Positions 43,626 to 51,969 of a stretch of 64,000 bases of DNA are shown here, piece after piece. The notes beneath the pieces were generated by a model. The model saw only the letters and a program-made list of their open reading frames with translations, had not been told where the DNA came from and did not search any database. The position numbers and the translations under genes were made by a program. Positions within the stretch are counted from its first letter, which is position 1. Every line of letters begins with the position of its first letter. Source of the DNA: an uncultured Gemmatimonadales bacterium (GTDB taxonomy: Bacteria; Gemmatimonadota; Gemmatimonadetes; Gemmatimonadales; JACORV01); NCBI GenBank assembly GCA_963806755.1, contig CAWDZR010000016.1, positions 153,948 to 217,947 on the forward strand, given 5' to 3'.

Positions 43626-46405
43626 AAGATAAGCTCCACCCCCAGTCTCACCAGCCGCGGCGGCCCGTAGCAGAACAGCGGCTGGTAGAAGTCGCGCGCC
43701 GCCGCGACGTAGAGCGGCAGCAACTCGCTCTGGCCGGAGATGTAGCCGTCGTGGTTCTGGTCGGCCCACGCCCGGTAGTACGGCGACTCGTACGGGATCG
43801 GCTGTGGGTGCGCCTGGTAGGCGGCCATCCCCGCCGCCTGGATCCCCGCGTCCGAGAGTCCCGGTTCACCGGTGTCCCGCCGCACCGAGATCAGGTTGCG
43901 GGCGTTGAGGAGGTTGCGGACGTCGAGGTACAGGCTGCCGTGCACCCCCGCGACCGTGACCGGGCGCCGCAGCAGCATGTCCACCGTGGACGTGCTCGGC
44001 AGGCGCTCGCCGTTGATCGGCCCGAGCAGCGTGTCGCCGCTGGCGCTCGTCTTGGTGTACGGGAGCCCCGTCCCGTACCGGACGATCACCGCGCCCTGCC
44101 AGTTGGCCAGCGGCCGGATCCCCTGCACCACCGGCCCGAACTGCTCCGGCGCGCGCGCCTGGCCGATCACCGTCACGCCGAGCCGCTGGTCGTAGTCGAG
44201 CGGGAACTGGACCTGACCCGGATTCACCGTGTCCACGCCGACGACATAGGTGCCGCGGTACAGGTTGAAGGCGTTGCTGGCCGTGGCCGTGGCCGACTGC
44301 ACCGTGGCCGAGACCCGCACACCCCACCAGTCCTTCAGCTCCCGCTCGAACAGCACCTCCAGCCCCTTCACGGAGCCGTAGTCCACGTTGCCGAACACCG
44401 TCGAGTCGGGATTGAGCCCGAACGGCACGCTCGCCACCAGGCCCTCGAGCTGCTTCACGTACACGTTCACGTGCACCGAGGTCTCGGGCGTGGGCCGCGC
44501 CCGCACGCTGAACTCGTACTGCGTGGACTGCTCGAAGCCGAGATCCGGATTGCCGACGCGGAACCGGCCCGTGCGCAGCGTGTCGTCGAACGCCTGGTCC
44601 ACGAGGTACTGGTAGTCCGGCGACTGGCTGAAGCGACCCCAGCTGGCCACGACCGTGGCGCCGTGCAGCACCGTGGACAGCGCGAAGCGCGGGTTGAAGG
44701 TGGAGCGCCCCGGCATGCTGCGCGTCTGGCCCGCGAACGGAGGGGCGTGGGGATCGAACGCGTCGTAGCGTACGCCGAAGGTGAGCGCCAGGTCCTCGGT
44801 GCGCACCTGCGTCTCCGCGTACGCCGCCCCGCTGACGGGCGAGAAGTTGGATGCCGCGGGCGCGGGCACGCTGTCGCCCACCGGGAGATAGGCGAGCACT
44901 CGCTGGAACGTCTGCACCTTCTGGCGGACCACCTCGCCGCCGAAGTACAGGTCGGCGTCGTGCGACAGGCCGAGATCCGCATCGAGCTGGCCCCGGTACT
45001 CGCGGAACCGGTTCCAGGCGATCTCTCCGTCCGACCCCCCGCTCATGAAGAACGCCGGCACGCCCCACGGCGTATTGGTGGCGAACTGGGGCACCGCGAA
45101 GCCGGACACCGCGTTCCGCGCGCCGAGGGTGTCCTGGGCCTGCGCCAGCCCCTCGCCCAGGAAGTGGAAGGTCGTGCCGGTGAACGCCCCGAACCGGTAC
45201 GGGGCGGGCGAGCTCAGCATGCCGCGCTCGAAGTCGCGGGCGAAGTACCCGGCGCGCAGGTCCACGAGGAGCGTCGTGCCGGCGGAGGGCGGCGACACCA
45301 GCTGCAGGTGCCCGCTCAGCAGGTCGCCCGCCGTCCGCTGGGCGGGCGCGTCCGACTCGTCGTACTTGTACACCGGGTCGTACAGCAGCCGCTGGTCGAT
45401 GGAGTGCAGCGCGAACAGCCGCAGCGTCTGGCGGCCGAGGAACGGCACCGTCAGCTTGGCCGCGGCGTCGAGCTGCTCGGCGCTGTTGTGCGGCAGCATG
45501 TAGGGATTCGAGGAGCGCGGGTCCAGGCTCTGGCCGGGCCCCGGCGCGTTCACCGGGTCGCCGTCGAGGCGCCCGGTCGCGTCCAGGGCCGCCAGGAACT
45601 TGACGCCGCCCACCAGCGGCCCATCGGCCTCCAGCACGGCGCGGTCGAGCCCGTGGTCGAACGCCTGCCCCAGGCCCCGGTCGCTCTCGTAGGCGGCCCG
45701 GCCCTGCCAGCGATCACCGCCGTCCTTCGTCACGACGTTGATCATGCCGGAGATGGCCTGCCCGTACCGCGCCGAAAATCCATCGGTGACGAGCGCGGCC
45801 TCCGTCAGGATGTCGGGCGGCACCTGGACGCCGAGCGTGCCCGTGGAGGCGTCGAGCTGGTTCTTGAGGCCCAGGCCGTCGATGATGAACGTCTGCTCTC
45901 CGAGGCGGCCGCCGCGGTAGCTCTCGCCCACCGCCCCCGCGCTCAGGCTCACCGCCTCTTCGAGGGTGCTGACCGGCAGATGGCGCAGGTCGTCGGACGT
46001 GATGTGCTGGGTCGTGGCGGTCGCCAGGGGATTCAGCACCGCGTCGGGCTCGGCCTGCACGTTGACCGCGCCGAGCGGCACCGCCTGGGGCTGGAGCGCG
46101 AAGGACAGCATCGTCATCTCGCCCGCCCGGACCAGGACGCTGTCGCGCCGCGTCGGGGCGAAGCCGATCAGGCGCACCGTGACGGCGTGCCACCCGCTCG
46201 ACACCCCGCGGACCATGTAGTTGCCGCCGGTGTCGCTGAGCGTCGCGAGCCGGTGGTCGAGCAGCACCTGCGCGCTGCGCACCGCCGCGCCGGTGGTCGC
46301 GTCGCGCACGCGGCCCCCGATCGACCCCGAGGACTGGGCCGCGAGGGGCGACGCCGCCGCGACGAGAAGGGCCGCCGCGGCCACGAGCCGGCCGCGCGAC
46401 CTCAC
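43622..46405 (-). CDS. TonB-dependent receptor with N-terminal carboxypeptidase-regulatory-like domain
   Basis: This is the C-terminal 927 aa of track ORF 43622..47260. GTG 46405 overlaps the upstream stop codon (GTGA). Signal peptide: RLVAAAALLVAAASPLAAQ. Also SGSIGGRVRDATTGAAVRSAQV..GNYMV..SGWHAVTVRLIGF (CarboxypepD_reg), a plug domain (..FSARYGQAISGMINVVTKDG), a long beta-barrel and a terminal ..RLGVELIF. Confidence 0.85.
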   Translation of the reverse strand: MRSRGRLVAAAALLVAAASPLAAQSSGSIGGRVRDATTGAAVRSAQVLLDHRLATLSDTGGNYMVRGVSSGWHAVTVRLIGFAPTRRDSVLVRAGEMTMLSFALQPQAVPLGAVNVQAEPDAVLNPLATATTQHITSDDLRHLPVSTLEEAVSLSAGAVGESYRGGRLGEQTFIIDGLGLKNQLDASTGTLGVQVPPDILTEAALVTDGFSARYGQAISGMINVVTKDGGDRWQGRAAYESDRGLGQAFDHGLDRAVLEADGPLVGGVKFLAALDATGRLDGDPVNAPGPGQSLDPRSSNPYMLPHNSAEQLDAAAKLTVPFLGRQTLRLFALHSIDQRLLYDPVYKYDESDAPAQRTAGDLLSGHLQLVSPPSAGTTLLVDLRAGYFARDFERGMLSSPAPYRFGAFTGTTFHFLGEGLAQAQDTLGARNAVSGFAVPQFATNTPWGVPAFFMSGGSDGEIAWNRFREYRGQLDADLGLSHDADLYFGGEVVRQKVQTFQRVLAYLPVGDSVPAPAASNFSPVSGAAYAETQVRTEDLALTFGVRYDAFDPHAPPFAGQTRSMPGRSTFNPRFALSTVLHGATVVASWGRFSQSPDYQYLVDQAFDDTLRTGRFRVGNPDLGFEQSTQYEFSVRARPTPETSVHVNVYVKQLEGLVASVPFGLNPDSTVFGNVDYGSVKGLEVLFERELKDWWGVRVSATVQSATATASNAFNLYRGTYVVGVDTVNPGQVQFPLDYDQRLGVTVIGQARAPEQFGPVVQGIRPLANWQGAVIVRYGTGLPYTKTSASGDTLLGPINGERLPSTSTVDMLLRRPVTVAGVHGSLYLDVRNLLNARNLISVRRDTGEPGLSDAGIQAAGMAAYQAHPQPIPYESPYYRAWADQNHDGYISGQSELLPLYVAAARDFYQPLFCYGPPRLVRLGVELIF

Positions 46406-47490
46406 GGCACCTCCAGCAGCCACAGGTCGGACGCTGCGTTCACGACGGTATCCACGGGGCCGCCCTCCACCTGTAGGTACGTCACGGCATGGCCCTCGGC
46501 CACCACTTGCGTGCCCGACGGCGACAGGGCCGGCCGCATGTAGAATACGTACGGACCCGACGTGAGATGGGACGGCCCGCCGGCGGGCAACCTGGCGGTG
46601 AAGACGTGACCCGCACGCTGGGACTCGGTCGCGGCCCCCAGGATCGCCACCAGCCGTCCCGACGCCACCTGCGCATCCACGCAGGTGCCCAGGCTGTCGA
46701 ACGCGTACACGGGCGTCCGCGCGCCGCTGACCGCGTTCACGGCGTACACCACGGAGTCGCGGGTCATCGTCACGTACACGGACTCCGAATCGCCGGGGGT
46801 CGTGCTCACCGAGGTCGCACCCGCCGTCCCGGGAACGACCCGAACCACGGCCGTCGCGCCGCTGACGTCGGCCACGGCGACTTCGAGCGGCACGACGATC
46901 GTGTCCACGAGCGTTCCTCGCGTCTGGTAGGTGACCAGCTCGGCGAGGTAGACCAGCGTGGTGCTGCTGAGCCAATGGAGGTTCGACAGGCTGGTGTGCA
47001 GCACGCCATCGGGCGCCAGGTAGGGGAACGAGAGGACCACGCGGCCCGATTCCGGCTGCGCCATCGCCCCCACCACCAGGTCGCGGGTGTGCGGGCTCTC
47101 CGCGCCGATCGCCGAGCTCTCCCTCAAATAGGCGATATCCGCCCTGAACCCCAGCGCGGGATTCGAGAGCACGTTGGTCGAATCCGCGTCGAGCACGGGC
47201 GGCACGTGGCAGACGATCTCCTCCAGATGTCCGCCCTGTGACGGCAGCACGCCGAGGCACTGGTCGTGGTCCGCCTGCGGGAGCTGGAAAGCGTACGCGA
47301 TGAGGGCGCCGTCGGGCGACCAGGACGGATCCACGTTCGCGCCGGCCCTGAACGTGAGTCGGCGCGGAAACGCGCCGTCGAACGGCCCGCCGGGCTCACC
47401 CGGGCCCAGCGGGAACGGCTGCGCGTGATCGCAGGCCGCGAGGGAGGCCAGCCCCATCATCACCGCGGTCACGACCGTGCCGACCTTCAT
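46402..47490 (-). CDS. Lipoprotein, beta-propeller-like, paralog B
   Basis: This is the C-terminal 362 aa of track ORF 46402..48108, starting at ATG 47490. Lipobox: GLASLAAC. PD40-like WSPDGALIAY. Shares CxHAQPF, FPRxLTF, QCLGVxPxxGGHL, LDADSTN, VPGTAGATSV and DLWLLxVP with the gene at 47610..48617. Confidence 0.65.
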   Translation of the reverse strand: MKVGTVVTAVMMGLASLAACDHAQPFPLGPGEPGGPFDGAFPRRLTFRAGANVDPSWSPDGALIAYAFQLPQADHDQCLGVLPSQGGHLEEIVCHVPPVLDADSTNVLSNPALGFRADIAYLRESSAIGAESPHTRDLVVGAMAQPESGRVVLSFPYLAPDGVLHTSLSNLHWLSSTTLVYLAELVTYQTRGTLVDTIVVPLEVAVADVSGATAVVRVVPGTAGATSVSTTPGDSESVYVTMTRDSVVYAVNAVSGARTPVYAFDSLGTCVDAQVASGRLVAILGAATESQRAGHVFTARLPAGGPSHLTSGPYVFYMRPALSPSGTQVVAEGHAVTYLQVEGGPVDTVVNAASDLWLLEVP

Positions 47491-47609
47491 CGCTCGCCCT
47501 GCGGTTGGCACATCCAGCTCTCCCCGCCGTGCCCGAACGCCGGGATCTCCGAAAGCACGATCCCGGCCAGGACCGCCGTCCGTCGCACGCGCGAGGCGGG
47601 CGCCTAGGC

Positions 47610-48617
47610 TCACGGCACCACCAGCAGCCACAGGTCCGGGGGAGCCCCGGACGCGCTCGCCGCGGCGACCAGCCGGTCGCCGGCGTGGCTCAGTGCGATG
47701 TCCACCACCTGCAATGAATCGGGGAGGCCGAGCACGGTCGGCGTCCCGGAGCCGACGTGGACGTCGTAGATCGAATCCCCCACGAGCGCGGCCAGGACCT
47801 GCCCCGCCACCCGGATGCGCGTCGGCGCGCCGGCCGCGCCGAAGTCGTACCACGCCGTGGGGGTGGGAGCGTTCTCCAGGAGCCGGTACACGCGGCTGTC
47901 TCCGGGCAGCGTGTAGTACAGCGCGAGCGAGTCGGTGGCGACCGACGTCGCCCCGGCGGTGCCGGGGACCGAAGTCTCCTGCACCGAGTCCCCGACCAGG
48001 TCGAGGCGGACGATCTCGATCGGAGCGAACAGTGTGTCCACCGGCAGCGGCGGCGTGGTGAACGTCAGCACGCCCGAGCGGAAGACGAGCGTGCCGGCGT
48101 GCCACCACTGGAGGTCGCGGACGCCCGTGACGAGCGAGCCGCCGCTGTCAGTGTAGGGGAGCCGCAGCAGCACCCGGCCGGGGTCCGGCGCGCTCCAGGG
48201 GGCCAGCACCAGCTCGCTGCTGCCGGGGTCGGTCGCGCCGATCGCCGAGCCGTCGCGCAGGTACGCCAGCAGGCCCGCCGGCCCCGGCGCCGGCATCCAG
48301 AGCGCATTGGTGGAGTCGGCGTCGAGCGGAGCGGTATGGCAGATCGTCGTGGTCAGGTGCCCGCCGGCGGGCGGCATGACGCCGAGGCAATGGTCCCCGT
48401 CGGGCCGGTCGAGCGACAGCGAGTAGATGATGCCGGAGTCGGCCGGCAGGAATGCGGGCTGCACGTCGCCGAGCCGGCTGAACGTCAGCTGGCGGGGAAA
48501 GGCGAAGCCGAACGGCTCGTTCGGCCCGAGATCGGCCCGGCCGAAAGGCTGCGCGTGCTCGCAGGCGGCCACGGTGGCGAGGCCGGCCAGGGCGACCGCT
48601 GCGGCGGCGCGCGACAT
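47610..48617 (-). CDS. Lipoprotein, beta-propeller-like, paralog A
   Basis: This is the C-terminal 335 aa of track ORF 47610..49718, starting at ATG 48617. Lipobox: LATVAAC. See the shared motifs listed for paralog B. Confidence 0.65.
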   Translation of the reverse strand: MSRAAAAVALAGLATVAACEHAQPFGRADLGPNEPFGFAFPRQLTFSRLGDVQPAFLPADSGIIYSLSLDRPDGDHCLGVMPPAGGHLTTTICHTAPLDADSTNALWMPAPGPAGLLAYLRDGSAIGATDPGSSELVLAPWSAPDPGRVLLRLPYTDSGGSLVTGVRDLQWWHAGTLVFRSGVLTFTTPPLPVDTLFAPIEIVRLDLVGDSVQETSVPGTAGATSVATDSLALYYTLPGDSRVYRLLENAPTPTAWYDFGAAGAPTRIRVAGQVLAALVGDSIYDVHVGSGTPTVLGLPDSLQVVDIALSHAGDRLVAAASASGAPPDLWLLVVP

Positions 48618-49546
48618 CACGGCGCGATCCCGGGCAATGGCACCCACCCCTCCCCGCGGTGACCGAAGGTGAACACGTCCGGATGCAGCACTTCGGCGAG
48701 GATCTCCAGCGATTCCACCAGCCGCGGGCCAGGCCGGTGGAAGTACGCGTTCCCGTCGGCGAGATATACACGTTGCGACGAGACGGCGCGAAGTCCCGGC
48801 CACCCGGCGCGCCCCGCCAGCGCCGGCATTTCGGCCCGCGTGCGTTCCAGGTCGAAGCCGCACGGCGAAACCAGGATGAGGTCGGGGTCCGCCGCGGCGA
48901 GCGATTCCCACGTCATCCACGGCGAGTGCTTGCCGGCCGTTCCGAAGAGGTTGACGCCGCCCGCCGCGGCCACCAGCTCGGGCATCCAGTTGCCGGCGGC
49001 CATGAGGGGCTCGATCCATTCTACCACGGCGACCCGGGGGCGTTCCGGGACGGAGGCGGCCCGCCGTTCGATCGCCTCGACGCGGGCCCGGAGCCGAGCC
49101 ACCAGCGCCGCGCCGCGCGCCGCGACCCCCAGCGCCGCCGCCACGCGCGCGATGTCCGCCCAGACGTCGCCCAGCCCATTGGGCTCCAGCGCCACGATGC
49201 GCGCCGGGTGCTCGGCCAGCTCGCACGCGGCCCGCTCCACGTCGGCGGGGCTCACGGCGCACACCTCGCACTGCGTCTGGGTGAGAATGACGTCCGGTCG
49301 GAGCGCCTTCAACAGCCCCGCGTCCACCTCGTAGATCGACAGCGCGCGGCGCAGCCGCTCCTTCAGCGCGGCGTCCACCGCGCGGCTGCTCCCGCCGGTC
49401 GCAAAGGCCGGGCGGCTCACCGCCGGGAGGTGTCGCACCGACGGCGGCCAGTCGCACTCGTGCGAGCGGCCGACGAGCGACGCCTCCGCTCCCAGGGCGC
49501 ACACGATCTCGGTGGCCGAGGCGATCAGCGACACGACCCGCGGCAT
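48617..49546 (-). CDS. BtuF/TroA-like periplasmic-binding-protein fold (cobalamin/iron-siderophore binding family) without a signal peptide
   Basis: This is the C-terminal 309 aa of track ORF 48617..50824, starting at ATG 49546. MPRVVSLIASATEIVCALGA...LVG.SHECDWP...., ..LRPDVILTQ..C.VC.., ..PDLILVSPCGF... The protein begins directly with the first beta-strand motif, and no hydrophobic leader is present. Confidence 0.7.
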   Translation of the reverse strand: MPRVVSLIASATEIVCALGAEASLVGRSHECDWPPSVRHLPAVSRPAFATGGSSRAVDAALKERLRRALSIYEVDAGLLKALRPDVILTQTQCEVCAVSPADVERAACELAEHPARIVALEPNGLGDVWADIARVAAALGVAARGAALVARLRARVEAIERRAASVPERPRVAVVEWIEPLMAAGNWMPELVAAAGGVNLFGTAGKHSPWMTWESLAAADPDLILVSPCGFDLERTRAEMPALAGRAGWPGLRAVSSQRVYLADGNAYFHRPGPRLVESLEILAEVLHPDVFTFGHRGEGWVPLPGIAP

Positions 49547-51090
49547 CAGGTGCCGCGGGTCGGGAAGGTGTCGAGCAACCAGCTCCGCCACCGCGCCTGC
49601 CGCTGCATGGCCAGCACGAAGGGCCGCTCGCGCGGCGCCTCCTTGGCGCGGAGGACGGCGAGCAGGGCGCGGCGCTGGGACGGCTCCCAGCGCCCCAGAT
49701 CGGGCACCAGGGCCGCAACCGGAGCCAGGCGGGGCGGGACGGTGTCGGCGCCGAGGGCGCGGGCGACCTGGCGCACGGACTCCCGGACGGCCCGGGCCCG
49801 GTCGCCGCCGTGGCGGAGCCGGATGGCGCGCGTGACCGCGAGCCCCGCGGCGCGCACGTCCACGTCCCGGAACGCCTCGGGCGGCGCGCCGTCGGTGGAC
49901 AGCACGAGGTCGCTGCGCGCCAGGCGTCGCAGGGTCGCGGGCGAGCTGCGCGCTCCCGGCCGCGCCGCGAGGCGAGCCGCCTCCGCCTCCGCCTCGAGCC
50001 GCACCACCCGCGCCAGAGGCCGGAAGCCCAGCTTGTGGTAGAACCAGAACGAGCCGGCCTCGATCCCCTCGGGGTTGTGGTGGCCCACCTGGTAGCGGCG
50101 CATCACGAAGGTCCGGGCCCCGAAGTTGTGATGGAACGTGGCGCAGAAGCGGTCGAAGACGAAGGCCGACTCCCCGCCCCGGTACGTCGGGAAGATGTTG
50201 ATCCCGATGTCGGCGCGGCCGAAGAGCAGGACGGCGTACCCGTACCCGATCGGCACCCCGTTCTTCACCAGCAACGCACCGTAGTCGCTCTCCAGGGTCA
50301 GGCGGAGCGGCGCGACGAGGCCGATCACGTAGATCTCGAGCCCGCGGCCGGCCGCGACGCGGTACACCTCCCGCGGGTTGCCGTGGACGATGACGTGAAA
50401 CTCCCGCTCGCGCTGGGACAGCGCGGCGCGGGCCGCGTCCACGATCCGGCGGCCGCGCTCGGGGGCGAGCAGCCGCAGCGCCCCCGGCGCGCGCCGCACG
50501 CCGGCGGCGAAGTCCGGCGGCCGCTCCACCAGGAGCCGGCGGTGGAAGAACGGCGCGGCCGGCAGCTTCGCGTGGGTGATCGCGTCGCGGCACCCGCTCA
50601 GGTCCCAGCGGATCGGCAGGTTGAGGGATTCGAAGAGGTGCGCCTCGAGCTGCGGATCGAGGCCCCGGGCCGCCAGCGCGTCGAGCAGCCACGCCAGGTC
50701 GGTGCGCCGGTCGGCGCCTTTCGCCGCGCGGATCCACGCCCACGAGGGCACGTCGTCGTCGTCCAGCCCCTCGTTCTCCGCCCAGGCCACCACCAGCGAC
50801 AGCAGGGCCGCGACGTCGTCCCACGGCCGGCGCCGGTAGGCCGCCCAGTCCACCTCGACCGCGGAGCCGTAGCGGCCCCGCAGCCAGCGGGTCATCGCGT
50901 AGTTGAAGGGATAGTGATAGGTGGTCCCGGCGATCCCGGTGTTGCGCAGCTCCTCGCGCCGCGGCCCGACCAGGCGCTCGAACACCGCCAGCGCGCGCTC
51001 GGCGCGCCGCAGCTCGCGGGCGCTGCGGGGAAAGGCCCGCTGAAAGCAGAGGCGCTCGTGTCGCGCCGCGAGCGCCTCCGCCGTCACCAT
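49546..51090 (-). CDS. Conserved-looking hypothetical protein (514 aa) with a possible GNAT-like C-terminal half
   Basis: Full-length track ORF with a coding-like composition (Trp/Tyr/Phe/His-containing, not Arg/Gly junk). The segment ..NGVPIGYGYAVLLFGRADIGINIFPTYRGGESAFVFDRFCATF...GIEAGSFWFYHKLGFRP resembles an acetyltransferase fold by eye only. Confidence 0.6.
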   Translation of the reverse strand: MVTAEALAARHERLCFQRAFPRSARELRRAERALAVFERLVGPRREELRNTGIAGTTYHYPFNYAMTRWLRGRYGSAVEVDWAAYRRRPWDDVAALLSLVVAWAENEGLDDDDVPSWAWIRAAKGADRRTDLAWLLDALAARGLDPQLEAHLFESLNLPIRWDLSGCRDAITHAKLPAAPFFHRRLLVERPPDFAAGVRRAPGALRLLAPERGRRIVDAARAALSQREREFHVIVHGNPREVYRVAAGRGLEIYVIGLVAPLRLTLESDYGALLVKNGVPIGYGYAVLLFGRADIGINIFPTYRGGESAFVFDRFCATFHHNFGARTFVMRRYQVGHHNPEGIEAGSFWFYHKLGFRPLARVVRLEAEAEAARLAARPGARSSPATLRRLARSDLVLSTDGAPPEAFRDVDVRAAGLAVTRAIRLRHGGDRARAVRESVRQVARALGADTVPPRLAPVAALVPDLGRWEPSQRRALLAVLRAKEAPRERPFVLAMQRQARWRSWLLDTFPTRGT

Positions 51091-51108
51091 GCCCGCCCCG
51101 CCGTCACC

Positions 51109-51948
51109 CTAGGCGCACTCCCGCTCCACGATCTCGCGATAGAGCTGCGCCAGCCGGCGGGTGACGGGGCGGTCCGCCGGGAGCTTCCGCCCGTCGAGGC
51201 AGTCCACGCTCACCACTTCATACGGCGTGCTCGTCAGGAACAGCTCGTCCACGTCGCCGAGCTCGGTGGCGAACACCGGCGTCTCGCGGCAGGGGATCCC
51301 GTGCTCGCGGCACAGGTCCAGCACCACCGCGCGCGTGATCCCCGGCAGGATGTAGTTCGACAGCGGCGCCGTGCGCACCTCCCCGTCGCACACCGCGAAC
51401 ACGTTGCTGAGCGACCCCTCCTGCACCACGCCGTCGCGCACGAACAGCCCCTCGTGCGCCCCCAGCTCCCTGGCCCGCTGGGCCGAGAAGGAGTTGGGAA
51501 TCAGCGACGTGACCTTGATGTCGCAGCGGGACCAGCGCACGTCGGGCTCGAGGATCGCGATCGCGCCGGGATCGGCGAAGGCCGGATTGGGCTTGAACGC
51601 CCAGGCCATCCCGAACACCGTCGGCTTCGTGTCGGCCGGCGGGAAGACGTGCGAGCGCGGCGCCGTGCCGCGGGTCACCTGGAGGTAGATCGCCGCGTCG
51701 CCGGTCAGGCCGTTCTCGCGCAGCAGCCGGCCCGCCACCTCCTCGAGCGGGGTGAGGTGCACCCCGATGCGCATCTTCGCGCAGCTGGAGGCCAGGCGCT
51801 GGAAATGCTCCCCGAGGAGAAACGGCTTGCCGTGGTAGGCGCGGATCCACTCGTACACGCCGTCGCCGTAGGTGAACCCGCGGTCGAGGGGGGAGATGCG
51901 CGCCTGGTCGTCGGGCAGGTACTGCCCGTTGAGATAGACAGTGCTCAT
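51109..51948 (-). CDS. Class IV aminotransferase (D-amino-acid / branched-chain aminotransferase family)
   Basis: ..DRGFTYGDGVYE..R.Y.GK.F....H..RL..S......., ..RCDIKVTSLIPN.. (the PLP Lys), ..EGS.SNVF.V.DG...T.P.....LPGITR. 279 aa. Confidence 0.85.
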   Translation of the reverse strand: MSTVYLNGQYLPDDQARISPLDRGFTYGDGVYEWIRAYHGKPFLLGEHFQRLASSCAKMRIGVHLTPLEEVAGRLLRENGLTGDAAIYLQVTRGTAPRSHVFPPADTKPTVFGMAWAFKPNPAFADPGAIAILEPDVRWSRCDIKVTSLIPNSFSAQRARELGAHEGLFVRDGVVQEGSLSNVFAVCDGEVRTAPLSNYILPGITRAVVLDLCREHGIPCRETPVFATELGDVDELFLTSTPYEVVSVDCLDGRKLPADRPVTRRLAQLYREIVERECA

Positions 51949-51969
51949 GACTTCAACCTAGCCCCGCGG

